Source: Rhynchobatus australiae (Eukaryota). From it: 64,000 bases of DNA. A program made the position numbers and the translations under genes. The notes under the pieces were generated by a model. The model worked only from the letters and a program-made list of their open reading frames with translations. It made no database searches and was not told where the DNA came from. The stretch lies in the NCBI GenBank assembly GCA_034780895.1, contig JAUZTB010000068.1:24437013-24501012 (forward strand), in the 5' to 3' direction. Positions 52,716 through 64,000 of the stretch are shown piece after piece; the first letter of the stretch is position 1, and each line of letters opens with the position of its first letter.

Positions 52716-53429
52716 TAACATTGCCCCATTTTGGNNNNNNNNNNNNNNNNNNNNNNNNNNNNNNNNNNNNNNNNNNNNNNNNNNNNNNNNNNNNNNNNNN
52801 NNNNNNNNNNNNNNNNNNNNNNNNNNNNNNNNNNNNNTTTTGAATTCCCTATGATTTCATGAAGAGGCTCTGCACACAATCACATATAACGTATGGCACA
52901 GGAACAGGGCATTTAACACAACCAATCCATGCTGGTAGTTGCACACCAATCACTTTCTCTCATGTAAATCTTTCTGCGTGGAGCGCAGATACTGATTGTA
53001 GTCCTGCATATCAGTATCTAATCTGAACTACTGGGCTAGAATTAGTAGTGAATGTCTGTGTCCCCTTAGCTATCTTTACAACAAGGAAGGCTTCAGTTCT
53101 TTTTCCCAAGAAAGATGCCTTCATGGGTCAAATATGACAGCTCTTGTAATACCTAACTCATATATTACCACATCACTTAGGCTGCTGGCCTTTCCAGGGA
53201 CTCTGTTTCTTGCCTCTGTGTTTGCTGTGTAAGTCAATGGGTTTTGACAGCTGCTCTTCAAACCTGAACAGGTCTTAAAAGTATGCTCCTTCCTTAAAGC
53301 CTTATTTCTTAGTGATCTTGCTCAGTTCCATTTGTCCGATTTATGGCCAGAAACAGCACGTAGTTTCCTAATCTGTACAGTTGTATGGTTGGAATCACCA
53401 GGCTCTACATGGTCAAAGATCTCATTTTA

Positions 53430-54635
53430 TATTTCTCACAACATAGGAGGAGACCATTTGGCCTATCTACTCTATGCCAGCTCTCAGATCAATCCCCCAC
53501 TCATTTCCCTGTTCTCTCTCACATGCCCATCAACTCCACCCTGAATTCCCCTGCACTAGGACAGCTTACAGTGGCCCATTATCCTACCCACAACCAGATG
53601 TAGGAGGAAACCAATACAACTAGTGGGAATCCCCTAGTTTGCAGATAACACCACTGTAGTGAGCTAGATCTTAAACAATATCGAGATGGAGCACAGGAAG
53701 GTGATAAGGAGCTTAGTGGCATGGTGTCAAGACCGCAACCGTTCCCTCAATATCGGCAAAATGAAGGAGCATGTCATTGACCTCAGGAAGTGGAGTGGAA
53801 TACATGACCCTGTTTGTATCAATGCTGCTGAGGTGGAGATGGTTAAGAGATTCAAATTCCTAGGTGTAAATATCACCAACAATTTGTCCTGGTCTAACCA
53901 TGTGGATGCTATGGCCAAGGAAGCACACCAATACCTCTACTTGTCTCAGAAGGCTAAGGAAATTCGGCATATCCTTGGACACTCTCACCAGCTTTTACAA
54001 CGCACCACAGAAAGCATCCTATCCAGATGCATCACAGCTTAGTATGGCAACTGCTCTGCCCAAGACCTCAAAAATTGTAGCGAGTTGTGAACATGGCCCA
54101 GTCCATCACACAAGCCAGCCTCCCCTCCATTGACTCCCTGCTGTCTTGGGAAAGCAGCCTGCATAATCAAGGCCCCCACCCACCCTGGTCACTCTCTCTT
54201 CTCCCCTCTCCCATCATGTAGGAGATACAAAAGCTAGAGAGCACAAACCATCAGGCTCAAGAACAGCTACTATTCCACTGTTATCAGACACTTGAACAGA
54301 CCTCTCATATGCTAAAAGATGATATCTTGATCTCCCAACCGATCTCATTGTGGCCCTTGCACTTTATTTGTCTACCTGTACTGCAATTTCTCTTTAACTG
54401 GAACACTTTATTCTGCATGCTGTTTCTCTTTGTACTACCTCAATGTAATTATGTATGGATGTCTGTTTGGCATGTAGACAAAAGCTTTTCACTGTATCTT
54501 GGTACATGTGACAATAATAAATCAATGCCAATACCAGATGCTGACAGGGAACATGTGTAAACTCCACACAGACAGCACCAGAAATCAGGATCGAACCTGA
54601 GTGGCTGGAACTTTGAGGCAGCCACAGTGCTTCTG
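53430..54635 (-). mobile_element. V-SINE split by a Rex1 insertion (tail 53430-53635, head 54537-54635)
   Basis: The V-domain breaks after ggaggaaacc and resumes at acagggaacatgtgtaaactccacacagacagcacc. Confidence 0.7.
53636..54535 (+). mobile_element. Rex1/Babar 3' portion
   Basis: FADNTT, LVAWCQD...LNI.K.KE.VID.RK, FKFLGVNITNNLSWSNH; tail tcactgtatcttggtacatgtgacaataataaa. Confidence 0.9.
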
Positions 54636-57539
54636 ATAGATAATAATAAGCAACCATGAGAAACAAAGGCATTGTGCATTAAAATGGCTTCTGTGACTAA
54701 TGGTGAAACTCCCATCCAGTTCTTTTCAGATTGAAAAAGGGAGTATCCGACATTACATTGAACTGAGTGGATGGAAAATTGCTCTAAGCTTCAGAAAAAC
54801 ACGTCATGCATTTAAATGAAGATTTTACCTCTTTCTGCTAACACTGCTAAAATTCCTGCTGGTAAAGCAAAGCAGTGCTGATCCATTTACTTCGATATCT
54901 TGTGCTTCTAGCATTTGCTCCACTCATTCACCACTGGTCCCATTGTCTTTGATTGACAGAACTGGTTTTAACCACTTCTCTCTCCATCTCAGGAGGAATG
55001 TTGTGTGAGAGGCATTAAAATCTAAAGATTATCCTTTCTGGCTCTTAACAACTGCCTTCCAGGTTGTTTACATGATTATGATCGTAAATCATCAACAAAA
55101 TGCCTGCAACAGATCAGGAGTTTAGTGAACATTGAAAAACCACAACAGATGCCACATCTGAAAATTGGTGAGAGCAGCCAGCTGCCAAAGGTGTTAAAGA
55201 AATAATTTGTTGAGAATTCTTTCTTGGCCTGGAGCAACAGGAATACTCCACCCAAAGGTCTCCCAAGACCACATCTTGATCCTGTTGGACCTTTTTCCTC
55301 ATGATGAAGGACCACTCCTCCAGGTCTCTGCCTATTGGCAGCTGCTGTCAACTGAACAGGTGGATGATCTAGTTGGGTGTCAGGATTACATGAGAAGTAA
55401 ATGAATACTTGCCAGATTAGTATTCTGTTTCTTAGCTCCTCTGCATGTTCCTGTTTCCCAATGACATTCAGATCTCTCGCGTTCTGTTCTGCATTGATAG
55501 CTCTATACACGCTATCACCACCCAACAACCATCACTCCCTGACCTCAACCACCAGATTGCTCTGTCCCATTCAAAACAAAGCTAAGACAAAATATGCTGT
55601 CTGTACTTGAACACCCACATGGAGTCCAGGAAATTGATGTCTATCCTAAAGGGGTTGCTTTTCACTCTGTGATTTTCTCTCACATTTTTTTGGAGAATTC
55701 TGCTTGGTGTTTCTGACACTCCAGTAAAGTGGAAAGCTCATTATATGAGGTTATTGTAGAGAAGGGCTTATTCTTCTTTATACTTACCAACAGGGTTCAC
55801 TTAGCTTGTAGCAGAGCCTTAGTCATGATTCTTCAATAGTGAACCAGGCAATTTCTCATTTTCAAACACCAGGACCAAAATAATCACCTCTTCCTTATGA
55901 GCCTTCTTCTCAGTTCAATTGTGGTGGTCTGGCAACCAATAGTAACTTTCTTTCATTCACTTTCTTCTAACTTCATGTGTTGAAGTGCAGATCTACTTTC
56001 AGGTCAGGAATTCTCCAATTCATGGGACACCATATTCTTAGTTCAATGTGCTGAATGGTCAGTTTGTCTAATCACTTTCATAGCTACCCAGAATAATGTG
56101 GCAACAGTAAAGGTGTAACAGTACAAAAGGCATTCTTAAATCCAAGCAATATTCTAGGTTGTGTACTTTGTGTTTTTCACCAAACTCTCTGACCCAAGAG
56201 CAACACTGGCAAAATCTTCAAAAACACATCAAGTATACTTGCATCAAAGAATAACTACAAAGAAAGCTATTTCTTTCCACTCAAGTACAAGCCTTGCCCT
56301 ATGTGATGTTCTCAACTGACTGAGAACTAGTGGAATCTAAGAATAAAGGTTTATAGGTTTTGCTAAGGCATGATGTATTGTAGCACAGAGTCCAGTGCCC
56401 ACTGAGTGTTGTGTCCACGGAATGTGGACTTTAGAAAGGGATGATTAATTTTATATATTTAATTTTTTAATTAACTATTAGATCCTCTTAACCTTGAGTT
56501 TTCATTTGCAGTGGTAAACAAGTTGTATAAAGTGGTAAGCAACTAGGCTGCAGCTTGCCAGTTAATGGGCAACCAGTTAGGGTGGAAGTCACCTGAATCA
56601 GATCCAGTGAAACCCAAGAATATATATTTGTGNNNNNNNNNNNNNNNNNNNNNNNNNNNNNNNNNNNNNNNNNNNNNNNNNNNNNNNNNNNNNNNNNNNN
56701 NNNNNNNNNTAGGGATAATGGTGTTGCGCTATGTTTGAAGAAATATGTATATTACATTTTAAAATAAGACAGGTGTACAGGTGGTGTGAAAACCAATGTG
56801 ATGTGACCACACCTGCAGTAAATGTCCACAGCACAAGCAAATTCAGCTCCGGGTTGATGAGTTGGAATCTGATTCTGCGGATGTGATTCATCAGGAAGAG
56901 GGAATGTTACCTGAAAACTTGTTCCAGGAAGAAGTCGACATCCTCACATTAGGTATTGCAGAATTGATCAGTCCTGAGAGACAGGGAGGTGTAACTATGA
57001 ATTAAGCAAGTATGAGGATCCAGAAGGTCACATTGGAGCAACTTGTTCTTGCCCAGCAACTCTGCAGAATATGTGGAAAGTACAGGAACTGTCGGGACAA
57101 TGAGTAAACTTACCACAGCACCATGGTACAGGGAGTTGTACAGATTGGGGGAAGTGAAAAGAGATGGAGTGATGATCGAGGGGAGTATGGTTGTTCTCTG
57201 CAGTTGTAAGTGTGACTTCTGAAAGCTTTCTTGTTTGCTCAGTGCTGGGGTTAAGGACATTTCCTCAGAGCTCTGGAGGACCAGGGTTGGAGGGGAAAGA
57301 CCTGGTTGTTCTGGTCCATTTGAAAACNNNNNNNNNNNNNNNNNNNNNNNNNNNNNNNNNNNNNNNNNNNNNNNNNNNNNNNNNNNNNNNNNNNNNNNNN
57401 NNNNNNNNNNNNNNNNNNNNNNNNNNNACCTCACAATGAGAACCATGAATGAAGTTCTCTTGAAAGGGTCTGACCAACTAGGGTCCAAATTTTAAAAAAA
57501 TGCAGAACCACAAAGGTAACAATCTCTGAATTGAAAATT

Positions 57540-57665
57540 AAAAACTGCAGATCCTGGAAATCTGAAATAAAATAGAACTTGCCGGAAATACTCAGCAGGT
57601 CAGGCAGCATATGTGGAAAGAGAAACAGAGTTAAGTTTCAGGTCAAAGACACTTTGTCAGAACTC
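57540..57665 (-). mobile_element. Penelope-terminal short unit with hammerhead-like motif
   Basis: Minus strand gagtt-ctgacaa-agtgtctttgacct-gaaa-ctt-aactc, then tccacatatgctgcctgacctgctgag. Confidence 0.75.
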
Positions 57666-58589
57666 GTAATCTCTGGATTATAACAGGGCCACATACATGG
57701 GCTCAACAAGATCAAAGAGTTGAATGTGTGGCTCAGAGATTGGTGTGGGAGGGATGGGTTTCATTTGATGGGGTGCTGGAACTAATGCTGGGGAACAAAG
57801 GAGCTGTTGTCTTGGGGCAAGTTTCAAGCAAACTGTTTTAGGATCCAGATTGCAACGAATCAAGTAACTGGGAGCGTATAATGTACACTCGCAGTTTAAA
57901 TTAATGGTATGGAGGGTAGGGTAGGCAGATAGTACAGAATAGAGAAATGGGTAATGATAATCAGAATCTGTCAGGAAGACATCATATTCAAACATGAAAT
58001 TATACCTGGAATTAGAATCAGAGCAGGGAAAATGGTAAGAAGGCATGACTAAAGGTTCTTCATCTGAAAGCATTTAGCATTCCTAATAAGACAGATGAAT
58101 TAATGGAACAAATAGAAATAAATGGTTATGATCTCATATCCATTACAAATACATGATTGCAAAATGACCAAGGCTGGGAATTAAATAATACAGGATACTC
58201 AACTTTTAGAAGAGGGGCAGGCAAATCAGAAGAGAATAAGGACTAGCCTTAATAATAAAGGCACTGGAGAAAAGGAACATAGATTAGAAAATCAAGAAGT
58301 AGAACCAGTTTGGGCAGAGGTAAGAAGCAGCAAGAATAGCAGCAAGACCCCCAAACAGCAATGATAAAGTAGCTCATTATGCATATCAGGATATTAGAGA
58401 TTCATGTACCAAGGGTTAGATGGTACTCATCATAGATTCAATCTACATTTAGACTGGGCAAACCGAAGTCTCATTAGTAGTCTGGAGATCAAATTCACAG
58501 TGTGTATAAGAAATGGGTTTCCACATCAGTGGGTTGAAGGACTTCAGAACTGATATTACACAATGAGCAAGCATCTGATAATAATATGA

Positions 58590-58895
58590 AAAAAATACAG
58601 ATAATGGAAGTCTGAAACAAAAACAAAAAAGCTGGAAATACTCAGCAGTCCAGGCAGCATCTGGGAAAGTGGAAAACAGTTAATATTTCAGGTTAAAAAT
58701 ACTTCTTCTGAAAAGAACAAGGGAGAAAACACATCACTACTGAAAATTAATGTGTTTTCCCTCTTTCTCAACTCTGATGAAGGGTCTTGGACCTGAACCA
58801 TTAACTATTTTCTTTCCACAGATACTGTCTGACCTACTGAATGTTTACAGTATTTTCTTTTTTGTTTCAATTTTCCCTCATCAATGGATTTTTGA
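58590..58895. repeat. Head-to-head inverted pair of Penelope-terminal units (~300 bp imperfect palindrome)
   Basis: Left arm is the reverse complement of the unit; right arm begins ctgatgaagggtcttggacctgaac; the centre gaaaacacat...atgtgttttc is self-complementary. Confidence 0.75.
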
Positions 58896-59354
58896 TTTTC
58901 ATGTTTTAAATGAAAATGAGTTATTTTCAGGTTTTGAAGTTATAACAAGCGGGGAGCCACAGGGATCAGTTCTTGGGCTGTTCACAATCGACGTCAATGT
59001 TTTGGATCAGAGAATCAGGTGAAAAATGCAGAGAGGCTTCAGAGGGAAGAGATGAGCTAAGTGAATGGGCTACCACAGAGCAGGTGGAAAATGAGGTGAT
59101 AAAATATGAAGTCATCCACTTTGGAAGAAAATAATAGAGAAGCAGAGTACTTTTTTAAATGGTGAGAGACTGAAAATTGTTGGTATTCAGAGGGTTATAA
59201 ATGAATCATTTAAGGTTAATGTGGAGGTGCAGCAGGTTTTAAGATGACAAATGGTCCATTCACTTTTATTGCAAGAGGAGTTGATAAAGTCTTCTGACTC
59301 TGATTACGTAAGGTGCTGGTAAAAAGAGACTTGGAAATCTCACAATCAAAATCA

Positions 59355-59460
59355 AACATCCTGTGTATGCTGAAAATCTACAATAAAAATGAAGGAATGC
59401 TGAGCAGGTCAGACTGCATCTGTAGAAAGAGAAACAGAACGAATGTTTCAGGTTGAAGAA
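59355..59460 (-). mobile_element. Penelope-terminal short unit
   Basis: gagcaggtcagactgcatctgtagaaagagaaacagaacgaatgtttcagg. Confidence 0.65.
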
Positions 59461-62344
59461 TATTGTGTGCAGGTCTGATCTCTGTATCTAAGGAAAGAGA
59501 TACATATGATAGAGGGAGTACAACAACACTAACCAAATTGATTCCTGGGATGAATGTTTTATCCTATAAGGGGACATAAGGCAGACTGAGTTTATACTGT
59601 CTTGAGTTTAGAAGAGATGACCTCACTGCAACATACAAAATTCTTATGGGGCTTGACTGGGTAAGCACAAGATTTCATGTTTCTCAAGGTAGGGATGTCC
59701 AGGACCAAGTCTCAAAATAAGCAGTCAATCAATCAGGAGTAGAATGAGAAGGAACTTCACAAAGTAGTGAATCTTGGAAATTTTCTATCCAAGAAGCAAG
59801 GTTCAGTCCTCAAATAGAATTAACACAAAAAATTACATGTTCTTGGACATTGAGGAAATCAAGAGATTGGTAATTGGTTTATTATTGTCACATGCACGAA
59901 GAGCCAAAAGGCCTGCTCTTATTACTGCTTACGTTCTTATTCTCTTATGTTTATGTATGTCCACCCTCACCAACCCAGCCAGTGAGTGCTACCTGATATT
60001 CCACCTGTCCCTGACTGCTAAGTATAACAGGGCTCCTCTTTGTTTCTGCACTGTATGAGATCCAAGGCCGAACATGGCTTGTGTTTCATTCCAACAACAG
60101 TGAACATGCAAAGCAATTGTTTCAAAGAGTATGGGTGTGTGAAATTTTTCTGCCAGAGTCTTAAATTAGTCTAAGGAGAGCTGCCTGTGTTAGTTTCTGA
60201 GGGTTTTAAGAGCCTCCTTAGTTTTGACATTACAAACAAACATGCATTATATCATTAATTATATCTTTGTTTAATATATAACCACATGTTGACCTTTATT
60301 GGCATTTATTTTAAACTCATGAAGCTGAGGGATGTGGTAGATTGGAACAACTTAAGCTTGAGCAGCCAGTAGCAATGTTAAATATCTCCAGAGTGAGGTG
60401 GAGTATAAAGAAATAAAGATACTTCTACCCCCTTCAACAACATAGAGCTGAACAAGGGCAAACTGAATCAAATAAAGGAGGAGTGAGAGTAACATAGAAC
60501 TAAAACCCNNNNNNNNNNGATCCACATCAAGTCTAATGTGACATCATTGTCCAATTCGTTTCACCTACCTAGTTAACTGATTAAAATGTTTGAAGAGATA
60601 ATTTCTGTCACAAATGACCATGAAATGATTGGATCCAATGGTGAAACGGAACAATCTGCCTTCATGATATTAATTGATGCTCTTTGCAACTCCCTGATAA
60701 TGGCTCTGATCCTGTGACATTATGATATCCCAAACCACTATTAAATTTCTAACTTTGTCTGTTTCATTCCTATGTGCTTATTTGTTACATTATTTCTATT
60801 TTTATCCGTTTACATCTGTTGTACGAACTAAATAAACCTAACATTTAGTTTTAATATGACAGGTATCAAAAGTAAACCTGATGTTGTAATTGTGTGTTTG
60901 ATTTGCTGTTCATTTGAATGTATGTGATGTAAAGGTATTTCCAATGTATGGGATAGTCTTTAACTTTGACAGTGCAAAGGAACAGACCGTGAAACCCATT
61001 TACCTTTTATCTTTATTAATTGCAAAGAAAAAGAAAACCAGACTCTTAATTCTGTAATACCCATAGTACAAGGTGTTAGAAATTTTAAAAATGCAATGTG
61101 CTCCTATTCATTTTATTCCTGCTGTGTAGGGACATAATTTTTACAGCAAAAAATCTTCATTGATATTGGTAACAGCTTACAATAGAAATGCTGCTCAAAG
61201 GCTATCACTTGGTACTGACACTATGTCACTGTAAATGCTTCATTTGCTTCAATATCACATTTATCGTATCCACATATATTCTGTGCCACATGTTTTCTTA
61301 TCATTTAACATTTAAAATAAACAATGAAAGATATTATTGATGATAACATATCAACAATCACCCTATATGCTCACCTCTGTTTATTAATATGATAATGTGT
61401 CAATTAAACTAATAAATTGCTTCTGGAAATTTATTGCTACCTTGGTTTCTCTTTTGCAGAATGAATTTCCGCTTGCTGGCATCTGTAACTTATTCATAAA
61501 GCTAATGTGTTTGGAGTTTCAAATTAGATTATGGAGGTTATAATATTGTTGCATTTTCTAAAAGCAGTGAGAATGGGAGCCTGGATGCAAAACCAAACAA
61601 CGCAAAAGCAGGGACACAAGAATCATTCATGATATCCAGTAATGTACCAAATATGATTTAAAATTCTAACAATTGTAAGAATTACCTTTGCATTAGGTTT
61701 TGAATGAATAATTTTGTGCACAGGTGACACCACAAAGATATATTCATTGACATTTATTTCTCACTTGTGAGATCTTGATCTGGCAATGTGTTTTGGTATT
61801 TGTCTGACCAAAAGTATTTCATTGACATTTTTTGTGAAATTCTGGAGGCATAAAAGGCAGTGGATAAATTCAAGTCCCTTTGCTTTCCTCCTGGATGTGA
61901 CTGGATAAGTCAGGATGTCAGGTTCCAAACAGCAGCCAAAGAATAAGATGTAAAAGCATTGGAGAAAAATCATTCTGATTTTGCACATTTAAGCCTTTGG
62001 CCATTCCAAGCATCCCATATTTCTAAGCCACAAAACCATTTCACTACCTGCATCTAAGCCAAGCCATAATAGTTATGCCAAATAAAATCAAATGCAGATT
62101 CAAATTCACTTTAACGATGTTAACTGGGTTTCTCATTATTTTGAATGTATTGTTTGAATTACTTATTTATTTAGACCATCACATTTAATTGTACAATATA
62201 CAGTACTTGAAATGACACATATTACTGATCAATCAGTACAATAAATATTAACCAGCTAACACAAACTGCTGAAGTCAGATGCACAAATGCTGTCACTTTA
62301 AAATTATCTTTTTTTAAAAAAAGGTGCATCATTCTGTTAAAGAT

Positions 62345-62505
62345 TGAATGTAAGATTACCATGTACAGCAGGCCATTCACTATCTCAAGACATCTCAAAA
62401 TACTTATCTTGACTGAAACCCTTTTGAAAAGTAGCCACTCTTTCAATGTAGCAGACAAGGCAGCCAATTATGCAACAGGGAGCCTCATCCAGCAAAGCAA
62501 TAATG
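62345..62505 (-). mobile_element. Deu-domain SINE 3' part
   Basis: Reverse complement aattggctgcc...ctacattgaaagagtggctacttttcaaaag...ttttgagatgtcttgaga. Confidence 0.6.
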
Positions 62506-63750
62506 GTCATAGAGTCATAGAGCACTACAGCACAGAAACAGGCCTTTCGGCCCATCTAGGCCATGTCAACCTGATCTTCTGCCTAATCCCATCTACCTGC
62601 ACATGGACCATAGCCCTCCAAACCCCTCCCATCCATGCACCAATCCAAACTTCTCTTAAATGTTCCAATTGAAGCCGCATCTACCACTTCTGCTGGTAGT
62701 TTGTTCCACACTCACACCACCCTCTGAGTGAAGAAGTTCCCCTCAGATTCCCTTTAAATCTGGACTGAGAGTACTGTGTCCAGTTCTGCTCACCTCATTA
62801 TAGAAGGAATGTGGAAGCGTTGGAAAGGGTGCAGAGGAGATTTACCAGGATGCTGCCTGGGTTGGAGAGCATGCATTATGAGGAGAGACTACGGGAGCTA
62901 GGGCTTTACTCTTTGGAGAGAAGGGGGATGAGAGGAGACATGATAGAGGTGTACAAAATATTAGGGGGAATAGATAGTGTGGACAGCCAGCACTTCTTTC
63001 CCAGGGCACCAATGCTCAATACAAGAGGGCAGGGCTTTAAAGTAATGGGTGGGAAGTTCAAGGGAGATATCANNNNNNNNNNNNNNNNNNNNNNNNNNNN
63101 NNNNNNNNNNNNNNNNNNNNNNNNNNNNNNNNNNNNNNNNNNNNNNNNNNNNNNNNNNNNNNNNNNNNNNNNGTGATCTGGGGAATAAAGTCCTAATCTG
63201 TTCTATCTTTCCCTATAACTCAGGTCCTCAAGTCCTGGCAATATCCTTGTAAATTTTCTCTGCACCCTTTCAAGCTTATTGATATCTTTCCTGTGGGTAG
63301 GTGACCAGAACTGCACACAATACTCTACAACTTCAACATAACATCCCATCTCCTGTATTCAATGCCCTGATTGCAATTTTTGCACTAGCCTCCCACAAGG
63401 TCCGAGGTTCACCTTGTCAAGCCCTGGGGATTTAGACACCTTAATTTGCCTCAAGACAGTCAGCACCTCCTCTTCTGTAATCCAGGTATGGTCCATGACT
63501 TGACTACTCCTTTTCCTCAGTTTTATAGTCTCTGTGCCTGTCTCCAGAGTAAATATGGTTGCAAAAAATTCATTTAAGATCTCTCCCATCTCTCTCGGTT
63601 CCATGTATAGATGACCACCCAATTTTGTCCCTTGCAATCCTTTTGCTCTTAATATAGCTATAGAAACCCTTGGGATTCTCTTTCACACTGTCTGCCAGAG
63701 CAACCTCATGTCTTCTTTTATGCCCTCCTGATTTCCATCTTAAGCAATGT
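62505..63750 (-). mobile_element. CR1 LINE (minus) with a nested plus-strand CR1 at 62761-63072
   Basis: Minus tail ctctatgactctatgac, EILNEFFATIFT and KSPGLD on minus; the plus insert encodes EALERVQRRFTRMLPGL. Confidence 0.85.
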
Positions 63751-64000
63751 TAGGTGNNNNNNNNNNNAATGAGTTCATTGACCTTGATAGAGACTTGCCC
63801 TTCTTTGATGTAGTATAATAGAAAAATTTACTTGCACCTGAGCTGACAATTTAGCATTGTATCTGTAAGACAACAACACCAAAGGCACAGCACTCCCCTA
63901 CACCTGTACTGGGAATGACAATAATGAGTCAGATTCTGGTATTGTACATAATAATAAGAACATAATAAGAAGTAGAAGATGGAGTGGGCCTTTTGATCAT

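Larger units (their letters stand above)
56760..59950 (+). mobile_element. Ancient, internally deleted CR1 spanning ORF1 (Zn-finger/leucine zipper, esterase), endonuclease, RT and tail
   Basis: DHTCSKC....QLRVDELE (56805-56870), DLVVLVH (57300), IISGL (57668), NKTDEL...NGYDLI.IT.T...DQGWELN (58085-58190), SGEPQGSVLG (58948), tail at ~59940. Confidence 0.7.

Noticed and set aside
55076-55528. 150-aa minus ORF containing FTKLL...VDDL, faintly like a DIRS RT
   Set aside because: Only a few residues match and flanking motifs are absent; cannot be supported without a profile search.
62505-63072. Apparent twin-priming inversion in CR1
   Set aside because: The minus-strand CR1 continues beyond the gap (63173 onward) and the plus piece matches another subfamily (the 13240 type), so it is a nested insertion.
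1-64000. CRISPR arrays, operons or other prokaryotic systems
   Set aside because: The sequence is vertebrate; no regularly spaced repeat-spacer array or gene-dense region was seen.

Overview
Eukaryotic, vertebrate genomic DNA: AT-rich, gap-ridden draft scaffold. The repeat inventory (V-domain SINEs, Deu-domain SINEs, CR1, Rex1/Babar, RTE, Penelope) points to a cartilaginous fish, probably a ray or sawfish relative; this is inference. The window holds two beta-connexin genes in tandem on the minus strand. One is a GJB3 (Cx31)-like CDS at 29348..28551 whose middle is lost in an N gap. The other starts at 195, runs off the left edge, is missed by the ORF track, and has Gly in place of the third invariant extracellular-loop-1 cysteine. 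The rest is intronic or intergenic and full of decayed, often nested retroelements. Most notable non-coding signals: about ten short Penelope-terminal units whose consensus folds as a minimal hammerhead ribozyme with a covarying stem I, and V-SINEs with related heads that end in either a CR1 tail or a Rex1 tail. Repeat boundaries were read by eye and are approximate; family calls come from motif recognition, not database searches.
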